A stretch of 32,000 nt of DNA from Haloquadratum walsbyi C23 (GTDB taxonomy: Archaea > Halobacteriota > Halobacteria > Halobacteriales > Haloferacaceae), in the NCBI RefSeq assembly GCF_000237865.1, contig NC_017459.1:2820001-2852000 (forward strand), written 5' to 3'. The notes below the pieces were generated by a model. The model had not been told where the DNA came from. It ran no database searches and worked only from the letters and a program-made list of their open reading frames with translations. The first letter of the stretch is position 1, and every line of letters starts with the position of its first letter. Positions 7,977-16,197 of the stretch are shown piece by piece. Made by a program: the position numbers and the translations under genes.

Positions 7977-9695
7977 GTGATTGAGGATCCGACCCGCATC
8001 GAGTGGCGTCAGTGGGGTGATGAAGCGTTTACCGAAGCGCAGGCAAGTGATACACCAATACTTCTCTCATTGACAGCAACTTGGTGTAATAGTTGTCGTG
8101 AGATGGATATTGAAACATATGCTGAACCACGTATCGCCGCTAATATTAATGATGGATTTATTCCGATCCGTGTCGATATCGATCGTCATCCACGGGTCCG
8201 TGAGCGATATAATATGGGTGGATTCCCATCGACTGTCTTCTGCACGCCAACAGGAAAGTTACTCACAGGTGCGGCATATCTTGGACCTGATGGGATGCGA
8301 CAAGTCATTGACTCCGTTCGGTCTGTCTGGGCTGAAAGGGGTGCTGATGCCGGCCGAGTCCCACAGGCGCTCACAGATAATCCAACGCCAACAGGAACGG
8401 TCGATGAGCGTATCGAGTCACATCTTGTCGGGCAACTTGAGTCAAAATGGGATGATCGATTTGCGGGGTGGGGAGATAATGCAAAGTTCCCACTTCCGCG
8501 GACGATTGAGTTCGCCCTTAAACGAAAACAAAGCCAAGCAATTGAGACACTTCGTGTGATTGCGGAGTCATTATATGACCATGATATAGGCGGATTCTAC
8601 CGATACGCTAACAGCCGCGATTGGTCGACACCGCATAAAGAGAAAATTCTTGATACAAACGCTGCGCTTATTCGCGCATTCGTAAATGGGTATCTCTATA
8701 CGGGTGAGGAAACACTGCTTGATCCCGCATACGGCACACAGCAATTTCTTATTGATCAACTATGGAATGGTGAAGCATTCGGAAAAAGCACTGTTCCGCG
8801 GTCGGAGAATGAGTCGGTAACAGAGGCATCAGAGACAACCGCCGACACTCGTCGTGACTTAACAGCGTACGCAGGATCAAACGCACTCATGGCAGATGCA
8901 CTATTGACACTCGGTGCATATACCGATGACAAAGCAGCGTATGAATATAGTCGTCGTGCACTCGCGACGCTTGAGTCAGCGTTTATTATTGATAATGGAA
9001 TTGTTCTTCATGCTAAGTATGACAGAGAATCAGATAACGCTAGCATAGCTGATGATGCGACAGTCATCACAGAAATAGCCGATATTGACTCTTCTAAGCC
9101 TGTGCTATTATTAGAAGACCATGCTCGCATCATCAATGCATTCGTCACCGCACATCAAGTGCTTGGACCAGATGTAGATGCGCTCAGTGATACTCCCATG
9201 TCAATTGCGAGTGCTGTTGCTGATGCGGCAATAGATGCACTCTATGATCCTGACGCTAATGGAGCGTTTCGAGATGGTCTGACAACTGGTCCCGGATTGC
9301 TTGATTGCCCACTTCGACCACTTGATGCGACCGTTGAGATGGCAGAAGCACTGTTTGAGCTTGCAGTTGTAAGCGATACTAAGCGATATAGTACAGTTGC
9401 AACAAATGCACTGGCAGCATTTGCGGGTGCTCGTGACCGGTTGGGTGTCCAAGTCGCTGGGTATGGAGCAGCCACAGCACGGGTAACACGACCAATGCTC
9501 GTTGTGAGAATAGGTGCTGGGGTAGGGTCAGATCTTCATCGTGCCGCGCTGCGCATTGCTGATCACGAAGCGATTGTTATACCTAGTGTCTCGGATATCC
9601 AACACGATTCAGCCCGTCTCACCCGTGGGTCAAAAGTCGAGACTGCAACTACGCCGGATGAAATAATGAACGCGGTGTCAATGCTCACAGAGTGA
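7977..9695 (+). CDS. Thioredoxin-domain protein of the DUF255/YyaL type
   Basis: 572-aa ORF with a GTG start. The N-terminal thioredoxin fold carries an atypical CxxC (TATWCNSCREMD), followed by an alpha/alpha-toroid-like region. Confidence 0.75.
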   Translation: MIEDPTRIEWRQWGDEAFTEAQASDTPILLSLTATWCNSCREMDIETYAEPRIAANINDGFIPIRVDIDRHPRVRERYNMGGFPSTVFCTPTGKLLTGAAYLGPDGMRQVIDSVRSVWAERGADAGRVPQALTDNPTPTGTVDERIESHLVGQLESKWDDRFAGWGDNAKFPLPRTIEFALKRKQSQAIETLRVIAESLYDHDIGGFYRYANSRDWSTPHKEKILDTNAALIRAFVNGYLYTGEETLLDPAYGTQQFLIDQLWNGEAFGKSTVPRSENESVTEASETTADTRRDLTAYAGSNALMADALLTLGAYTDDKAAYEYSRRALATLESAFIIDNGIVLHAKYDRESDNASIADDATVITEIADIDSSKPVLLLEDHARIINAFVTAHQVLGPDVDALSDTPMSIASAVADAAIDALYDPDANGAFRDGLTTGPGLLDCPLRPLDATVEMAEALFELAVVSDTKRYSTVATNALAAFAGARDRLGVQVAGYGAATARVTRPMLVVRIGAGVGSDLHRAALRIADHEAIVIPSVSDIQHDSARLTRGSKVETATTPDEIMNAVSMLTE

Positions 9696-9730
9696 AAGAG
9701 TTGCTACCGGATCTCATCGATTGGAATCAC

Positions 9731-10080
9731 TAACAGCGCTTTGTACCGGGACTGCGACCGCCATACCTCCACGCTGGGTGGCGTTTGCACTGGGGTTAAC
9801 CTGGGGCACAGCGCCTGTATATCGGTTAAAACTGTTTTTATGATGCTGAATGCTGACCGAGGCGGTTTCTACGCCCTGTTTCAATGAGACAGATTGAGAT
9901 TCTTTCTTTCGTCGTGGAAGCCACCTCGTGAACTCACCCAGGGTCAAGCCCTGAGGCAGTCGCCCCGAACCGCCTATACATCAGCCGAATGAGGTGCAGG
10001 ACGCAGAAAATAACCCCGAATCCCCGTCTCTCGACAGTAGGTACGGTATAGTGGCGTGGCAATACCAGCGTTCCTTTTTG
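9731..10080 (+). repeat. G+C-rich ORF-free structured block, member of the interspersed element family
   Basis: The only ORF (9714..9947, minus) is strongly basic and not halophile-like. Modules are collinear with the element at 2184-1858 and with 24673-24880 (coordinates in the findings). The block starts 36 nt after the upstream stop codon. Confidence 0.45.
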
Positions 10081-10112
10081 AACTGTAAAATTCTCAATCT
10101 CACAATCCAGAA

Positions 10113-10133
10113 AGTCTCCGCGTGTGGGAGACT
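10113..10133 (-). terminator. Hairpin plus U-tract downstream of mptA
   Basis: AGTCTCC (10113-10119) pairs with GGAGACT (10127-10133). On the minus strand the hairpin is followed by UUUCUGG. It lies 25 nt after the mptA stop. Confidence 0.4.
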
Positions 10134-10157
10134 CCGTCGTTTATTTTGAAGAGAATA

Positions 10158-11087
10158 TCACGATGCACTAACCTCTGCTCGCAATTGTTCAAGTGTAACC
10201 TCACGTTCGGCATGTGCATTGTGCTGATGAATTGATTCATCATTTGATTGTTTCATTCGAACAACAGCGTCATCAGCGAGATGGTCAAATGAATTGACAA
10301 CCTGTTCAGCCATTGAGCGAACACAGTCTTCAACAAACTTTGCATCGGCATGCGCATGATATGTCATATAGTCTTCGTCCGGACGTTTTGCAAGGTTATA
10401 GATCCGCGCAGACATTGCATCGCGAGCGATATCAGCGAGTTCAATCAAATCAACATCTGGTGATCCATCTGCTGTAACTGTAAGTGTTGCATGTCCTCGC
10501 TGTGAGTGCCCCGGTTGCGGGACCTGCTCAAGAAACGTCTCAATTGTCTCATCCTCAATATCGAGATCATGCATCACATCACGAGCTCTGGATGCAGACA
10601 TTCCTTGAGAGCATGGACATACTGTCATTCCGATTACCTCTGCTCCAATTTCTTCGCGTGTTCCCTCATCAGTCGCAGTCGCGCTGGCAAGTATCGAGAT
10701 TGTATTTTGTGTTGGAAGTTCACTTGCTGGCGTATCTTCATGCATAACTAGATCTGCGGTCATCTCGACTGTTGCAGTTGTTGTATATTCGTGTTTTTCC
10801 AATAGTCGCTCTGCAACATCACCGCACATATCCTCAACGCGAGAAACAGACCCTGAGACAGCCGCCTCAAGCGTCTCATCAATTACTTGCATATTTCGGC
10901 TCATATCGATTCCTTTCCGACCACTTGGGAGGTCAACAAACACCTCGAATTCAGCCATTAATACAAGTGGGGTTTCTCCATCGCGCTCGATCTTCACGAG
11001 TTTATCAACGTCTGTGACTCCGACCTGACTCAACCCGACGGTGACATCGGGACGACTTGCCTGAACATCAGGCAACTGGTGACTCAT
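10158..11087 (-). CDS. mptA: GTP cyclohydrolase of the FolE2/MptA family
   Basis: 309-aa ORF. Recognised by LPDVQ...VGVTDV...[21 protein letters not shown], the CPCSQ motif and HSQRGH, which are characteristic of the archaeal type IB/MptA cyclohydrolase. Confidence 0.85.
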   Translation of the reverse strand: MSHQLPDVQASRPDVTVGLSQVGVTDVDKLVKIERDGETPLVLMAEFEVFVDLPSGRKGIDMSRNMQVIDETLEAAVSGSVSRVEDMCGDVAERLLEKHEYTTTATVEMTADLVMHEDTPASELPTQNTISILASATATDEGTREEIGAEVIGMTVCPCSQGMSASRARDVMHDLDIEDETIETFLEQVPQPGHSQRGHATLTVTADGSPDVDLIELADIARDAMSARIYNLAKRPDEDYMTYHAHADAKFVEDCVRSMAEQVVNSFDHLADDAVVRMKQSNDESIHQHNAHAEREVTLEQLRAEVSAS

Positions 11088-11281
11088 CGATGAGACCCTA
11101 GAACGGTATTCGATTAATGCTTTCGTTCTGTAAAGACGAATATTTGTCTGGTCAAAATCAACGAAGAGGATATATAATTCATAGTATACACATGTATATC
11201 TGAAGCTGAGATAATTACATTCAGGATAGTAGTAAGACCAATCAGAGACACAATCGAGATAGCCATTAAGAATGAGAGTGA

Positions 11282-11674
11282 CTAGGGCCAGTCATCACGT
11301 TCGTTCGACTCAAACGGATCATCTGTCTCTGTAGCCTCAGCTAGTTCCCACCCGGCAGCGGACGCTGCATTGTCGAGCGGGAGGAATTCCCAATCAACAC
11401 TTTCAGCAACATCAGCATCGGTCTGGTCATTACTGACGAGAACGTGACGGGCTGTTTCAAATTGTTGTTTGACATTCTCAAGACTTGCCTCGACTCCACG
11501 TGGTCCTGAGAAGAAATCCTGTCTCACCCGATGTTTCCGGGTGAAGTTTGTAACAACATATGTTGGCTTCTCACTCACAACGCCAACGTATTCTGTCCAC
11601 TGCCGCGCATCATTAAATACAGAATTCGGATCTGCAAGCGCGCGTAACGCTTCTAACTCAAATGCAAGCGTCAT
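11282..11674 (-). CDS. Conserved haloarchaeal hypothetical protein
   Basis: Acidic ORF. I prefer the start at [13 protein letters not shown] (11674). The 33 upstream codons of ORF 11282..11773 are basic (SKKKSKTAHSRVR) and contain an A8 run. Confidence 0.55.
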   Translation of the reverse strand: MTLAFELEALRALADPNSVFNDARQWTEYVGVVSEKPTYVVTNFTRKHRVRQDFFSGPRGVEASLENVKQQFETARHVLVSNDQTDADVAESVDWEFLPLDNAASAAGWELAEATETDDPFESNERDDWP

Positions 11675-12026
11675 ATCCGCGTCACCACCTGGTGCTCCGC
11701 CATCAGTTCGGACACGCGAGTGAGCAGTTTTGCTCTTTTTTTTCGAATGTAAACTGTATATACTATTGGTCATAATTATATTGATCTTAACTATGCTACT
11801 GGACAGTCATCAAAAATTGCATCGGTCCAGCTTTACTTCATGACTTCGTATAAAGTCTGTTAGTCATAGATATTATTTCTATCAGATAAAAATATATGAA
11901 TCTAGATTCAGATGCATCTTGAAGATTATGTCTATTTTATATTATCGTGGTCGAATCTATCCTCTTGATCATTATCCGAACCGTCCTCACGTATTAAACG
12001 AGCGCTGAGTCGTATCTGGACCTAAA

Positions 12027-12121
12027 CGGAAAGCAGCGCGAGTTCCCGATGCCACTATGCGTCGGGTACTTCACAGAATTGTAATCCGGATATCATGACG
12101 GCTAATCCCGAGGCAGTTCAC
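12027..12121 (+). ncRNA. Truncated paralogue of the 5' domain of the element at 2184-1858
   Basis: The 17-nt stretch 12030-12046 is identical to 2183-2167 (minus strand). It is followed by a 13-bp hairpin (12040-12071) that is isostructural with 2169-2146 but has a different stem sequence. A UUGUAAUCC motif and a TATTAAA box (11992-11998) are also present. Confidence 0.45.
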
Positions 12122-13366
12122 TCACTCGATAACTGTTTCTATTGGCTCAAGATCGTCTAATTCGAATTCTTCCTGCATCAATATATCACGCTGACCAGAG
12201 ACAACGCGACGTTCTCGCATCAGTTGTTTATATTTCGATTGTGGTGAGAGGTCACCGATAAGAACGCCACCGACAATACGCCCATCTTTAAATGCTAATC
12301 GTCGCCATTCAGTGTCGGAGTGTTTTGCCTCGGCAGTATCATCACCAAGGGTTGGATGTCCAAATGAGAGGAATGGGAAATCAAAGTGAGTAATCGAGTA
12401 TGATGAGACCCACTCAAATGGTTCTGAATTATACTCAATCATGTTTTTTGCTGCAATCGATCCTTGCTCTTTTGCCGACCCCCATGCGCCATTCTGCCCA
12501 CGTTCTCCAAGTATCCGGTCATAAAACTGTGTGATATCGCCTGCAGCGAATACATCCTCGTGACTTGTCTGCATATATTCATCGACAATAATCCCATCAT
12601 CACACTCGATTGGGGTATTTTGGAGAATCTCAGTATTGAAATTCAACCCAATCGCAATACCAACGAAGTCAGCATCATACTGGTCACCATTTGGGTCAAC
12701 GGCTGTAGTTACATGACCAGTCTCATCGACCTCAAAGTGATCAACTCCTGACTGGAACACGGGCTCAACGCCACGTTCACGAAGCGCATCATGAATAATT
12801 GATGCACCCTGCTCGGAAAGCGCATATCGCCACCAGCAATCCCCGCGCATCAAGTACTTTCCTTCGACGTCCTGTGCGGCAGTGATAGCTGCGAGGTCAA
12901 TCCCGAGTAATCCTGCTCCAACAATAACGGAACTGTCCGCAGACTCAATGTTTGATTTGATGTCTCGAGCATCTTGGAATGTCCAGAAGTGATGGACTCC
13001 ATTTGCGTCAGCGTTCTCAACCGGCAGTTGTGTCGGCGTCCCACCTGTCGCGAGAAGGAGCTTATCCCAGTCATACACGTCGCCATGATGTGTCTCAATT
13101 GTATGCTCAGTAACATCAATATCAACGACAAGGGTATTCAATTCGAGATTAATATCACGATCATCATACCAAGACACATCGTGAATTGAGATTGGCGCCG
13201 CTGGGAGCTTTCCTTTTGCATACTCCTTGATTAGAATTCTATTATATAACGACTCGCCTTCATCGGTGAGAACGGTGATATCAGCATCAGGTGCCTCCCC
13301 ACGAAGTGTCTCAGCGGCGGAGCTCCCCGCAACCCCGTCACCGATAATCACGTACGACTGGGTCAT
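12122..13366 (-). CDS. FAD/NAD(P)-dependent pyridine nucleotide-disulfide oxidoreductase family protein
   Basis: 414-aa ORF with two Rossmann GxGxxG motifs (VIIGDGVAGSSAA and VIVGAGLLGIDLA) and FAAGD near the C-terminal third. Confidence 0.85.
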   Translation of the reverse strand: MTQSYVIIGDGVAGSSAAETLRGEAPDADITVLTDEGESLYNRILIKEYAKGKLPAAPISIHDVSWYDDRDINLELNTLVVDIDVTEHTIETHHGDVYDWDKLLLATGGTPTQLPVENADANGVHHFWTFQDARDIKSNIESADSSVIVGAGLLGIDLAAITAAQDVEGKYLMRGDCWWRYALSEQGASIIHDALRERGVEPVFQSGVDHFEVDETGHVTTAVDPNGDQYDADFVGIAIGLNFNTEILQNTPIECDDGIIVDEYMQTSHEDVFAAGDITQFYDRILGERGQNGAWGSAKEQGSIAAKNMIEYNSEPFEWVSSYSITHFDFPFLSFGHPTLGDDTAEAKHSDTEWRRLAFKDGRIVGGVLIGDLSPQSKYKQLMRERRVVSGQRDILMQEEFELDDLEPIETVIE

Positions 13367-13387
13367 ATGTAGAGTGTTTGCGTCGGG

Positions 13388-13394
13388 ATTAAAA
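13388..13394 (-). promoter_or_regulatory. TATA-like box (TTTTAAT) for a probably leaderless oxidoreductase mRNA
   Basis: The box lies at -28 to -22 relative to the A of the ATG at 13366, the usual haloarchaeal TATA-to-start distance for leaderless transcripts. Confidence 0.4.
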
Positions 13395-13514
13395 GTGAAT
13401 TGCTATCAGGAGTGCCCAGGTCTTAACAACGATATTAATACACACACCAACCTATAACATAATATCTGCAATTCAGATCTCTTCATATGAACCGTTTGTA
13501 TGGCAGCCGTGAAC

Positions 13515-13545
13515 TGCCTCGAGGTCAAATCAAAGCCTCGAGGCA
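13515..13545. promoter_or_regulatory. 10-bp inverted repeat containing two CCTCGAGG palindromes, in a divergent promoter region
   Basis: TGCCTCGAGG (13515-13524) and CCTCGAGGCA (13536-13545) are separated by 11 nt. The two 8-bp palindromes are 19 bp apart centre to centre. Confidence 0.4.
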
Positions 13546-13649
13546 CTCGCCTTGTTCCGCCTGTAGATTGATTACAATCACATGTATGAGTGGTGTAATA
13601 TACATATACAATCGGATACTTGAAGTTCGCTCAAACTAATCCAGGGTTG

Positions 13650-14258
13650 ATGAAAATTCGTCAGAATATTCGACATTTCGCCGCAAAGAAGGCACTCACG
13701 ATGCCTATTATTGGTGATATCGCGACAGAAAAACTCGTGGATCTTCATGTCAGTATTTTTGGGAAGAAAGCCGACCCTGAGTACCGCGAGGAACGAGAGC
13801 CACATCTTGAGACATTTTTTGATTGCACATTTGAAACGTATGTCTGTGCACTTGAGGAAGGATTTACTGAGGCAGAAGCCCGGGAAATCACGCATATTCA
13901 AGCGAATTTCGACTTTTATAATCATGGATGGACAGAAATGATGGAATTCCCTGCGGAAGAACTTGAAACGCATTATGAGCGGTATGAGGAGTTCTTTAAT
14001 AGATATAATATCGACATCGCAAGTCCACTTGGTGATTTCAAAACACAAAATATCATTGCAGCATCATCAACGCCAGGACGGCTTAATAACCCAGAACATC
14101 CACATGCCGAGGGTGGATTTGCGGACGACGTATACGTTGAAACTGAGTCTGGCGAACTTACTGTCGGTAGTCAAACAGAGCCAGATACTATTAATGTTGA
14201 AGATGCACCTGGACTCCAAGATGTTGATACTGACACCGATGAGATAACTGAAGCTTGA
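13650..14258 (+). CDS. Conserved haloarchaeal hypothetical protein with an acidic C-terminal tail
   Basis: I trimmed ORF 13620..14258 (TTG start) to the ATG at 13650 (MKIRQNIRHFAAKKAL...). The protein is acidic. I do not recognise the family with confidence. Confidence 0.55.
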   Translation: MKIRQNIRHFAAKKALTMPIIGDIATEKLVDLHVSIFGKKADPEYREEREPHLETFFDCTFETYVCALEEGFTEAEAREITHIQANFDFYNHGWTEMMEFPAEELETHYERYEEFFNRYNIDIASPLGDFKTQNIIAASSTPGRLNNPEHPHAEGGFADDVYVETESGELTVGSQTEPDTINVEDAPGLQDVDTDTDEITEA

Positions 14259-14497
14259 GGTCTTCCCCCATCCTGAAGGAACGATGGTTTGACCCACAGC
14301 TTCTATACGTCGAATAACGTTAGAGTAGGCAGTATCTGCTTTGTTTACCTGTGAGTAGCCTAAGCAGCAGACGGAATCCAACTCACTCGCCACCGCTCAA
14401 TCAGCTGTGTTTCTATATGATAAATTATTAATCATTAAATAAATAGTTGCCGTGCTACATCGCACAGTCTGTGGCTCTTCATAATAGCAATTTGATA

Positions 14498-15940
14498 TTA
14501 TGAGCCACCATCTGGTCGCACAGTTGATGACTGCATTGGGTTTGTATTTCGTGTATCATCAATATCAGTGCTACTCTGAGTTGTATTCTCACCGTTATCG
14601 AATGTTTTAATAATACGGTCGGCTGCTTCGTATCCAGCAACAACCCCGCCATTGAGCGAACGCTCCGGATACTGTGCTGCCGAAGCCATCCCAGCGTAAT
14701 AAATCCCGTCACCGACTGTCTCTCCAATATCATACGGAATAACTAAATCAAGATAGCCACGTTCATATATCGGTGCTGCACGAGGATTCCGTGAGATACG
14801 AATATCATTAATATTTTCTCGACTGAACTCCGGAAACATCGATTCAATTTCTGTGAGCCATTGTTTTTGTACACTTTCGTCATCAGCCTGCCAGAGGTCC
14901 TCTGTTTGGTCCTGAACGTATGCGGCGATATACATCAAATGATCACCGCCATATCTTTCAGGATCAACAAAGTTCGTATGTTCAATAAGAGCCCCAAATG
15001 GCGCATCGTGTGCGATATTAAGCCAATATGTATCTAATACGGACTCATCCATGCTCATAAGTCCACAGACAGCTCCCTGGAAATCAATATCGCATGTATA
15101 GCCTGTGAGTGATTCTAATACATTTGGCATTGTCGCTACAATAGCCGAATCAACTGAATACATTGTGTCTGTATCGTCTTTCGACCCTGTAGTATCGGTC
15201 ACTGTGAGTGAACTCACAGCGTTCGTCTCTGAGTCAATGGTGATGTCAGTCACAGAGGCATTTGTCATGATATTCTCACGACCGACAGCATCAATAAGCG
15301 CATCAAGCAATACACCAAAACCACCATCGAAGTAACCAAGCACCTCTCCCCGCAACGGATCACGCTCACCACGGAATCGAACACGCCCAAGGAACCATGC
15401 AGCTGAAACGTCATGTTTTCGATCACCGTATTTCCCATCAAGCAATGGATCGACGAAGCTCTCATACACGCCCGTGGTGGTATGTTTCTCGACAAACTCT
15501 CGGACAGTCATGTGCTCATACGCCGCAAGATCGTCATATGCGTCAAGATCTGGAATGCCATCGCGAATATCAACGCCAAGAGTCAACAATCCAAGTCTGA
15601 AAGTGTCGTACAGACTTAGATGTGGATATGTAATAATGTCTAAGGGAGTATTGAGTGGATGTGCAGTTCCATCGACGTAATATCCATTTGTTCCGATACG
15701 CCATTCAACACGATCCCCCAGTCCCAGCTCTTCAGCGAGTGCAACGATTGTTTCTTCGGACTTTGAGAGGTGATGGTAGAATCGCTCAATATCGTCACCG
15801 GCTGTTTCATACACAGCTGCAAGCCCACCAACCGTTTCTGTGGCTTCGAATACCTGCACTTCATGTCCCGCTTGTTGAAGCCGATATGCCGCAGCTAATC
15901 CAGCAATGCCGCCCCCGACGACACCAATCATGATACTCAC
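14498..15940 (-). CDS. FAD-dependent oxidoreductase (amine oxidase, protoporphyrinogen oxidase or phytoene desaturase-like fold)
   Basis: 480-aa ORF with an N-terminal dinucleotide motif (IGVVGGGIAGLAAAYRL...VFEA...GG) and a C-terminal YYAG...GGVVAGYEAA motif. Confidence 0.8.
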   Translation of the reverse strand: MSIMIGVVGGGIAGLAAAYRLQQAGHEVQVFEATETVGGLAAVYETAGDDIERFYHHLSKSEETIVALAEELGLGDRVEWRIGTNGYYVDGTAHPLNTPLDIITYPHLSLYDTFRLGLLTLGVDIRDGIPDLDAYDDLAAYEHMTVREFVEKHTTTGVYESFVDPLLDGKYGDRKHDVSAAWFLGRVRFRGERDPLRGEVLGYFDGGFGVLLDALIDAVGRENIMTNASVTDITIDSETNAVSSLTVTDTTGSKDDTDTMYSVDSAIVATMPNVLESLTGYTCDIDFQGAVCGLMSMDESVLDTYWLNIAHDAPFGALIEHTNFVDPERYGGDHLMYIAAYVQDQTEDLWQADDESVQKQWLTEIESMFPEFSRENINDIRISRNPRAAPIYERGYLDLVIPYDIGETVGDGIYYAGMASAAQYPERSLNGGVVAGYEAADRIIKTFDNGENTTQSSTDIDDTRNTNPMQSSTVRPDGGS

Positions 15941-16197
15941 TATTCAATTGTCCATCAAGTGTGTTCCGCTTGAATAAGCAATGTGTGCGGATGTATGACT
16001 GCAGTATATATTGCATGTTGTATATCAGATATTGTATATGACATAATTCTCGGAGGAATAGGATCAATATCTCTAGATATATTATCTGACGAATACAGCC
16101 TAAGCTACGTTCTTCAGGAGATAAATCTAAGCAAGTCGGTATAATTCACTTGTTGGGTACTCGTTCGCTACCTTTTTACCCGCAGTTTGGCAATCTG

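Noticed and set aside
9714-9947. 77-aa minus-strand ORF in the structured block.
   Set aside because: It is strongly basic (RRKKE, KQG, many R/K). That is unlike the uniformly acidic proteome of the window. It also lies inside hairpin-rich sequence and has no start context.
11675-11773. N-terminal extension (MTNSIYSLHSKKKSKTAHSRVRTDGGAPGGDAD) of the gene ending at 11282.
   Set aside because: It is basic, contains an A8 homopolymer and looks like promoter or leader sequence. The acidic conserved-looking part starts at the ATG at 11674. The longer form cannot be excluded.
12109-13521. 5'-UTR/3'-UTR pairing (mRNA circularisation) of the oxidoreductase transcript through the 13-nt inverted repeat.
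   Set aside because: A TTTTAAT box at -28 to -22 from the ATG suggests a leaderless mRNA starting at 13366. The upstream arm (13509-13521) would then not be in the transcript.
12078-13579. A transposon or MITE-delimited mobile cassette carrying the oxidoreductase.
   Set aside because: There is no transposase or integrase and I could see no direct target-site duplication outside the arms. The arms are internal to larger repeat-family sequence rather than clean termini. This idea is kept only as one option in the finding.
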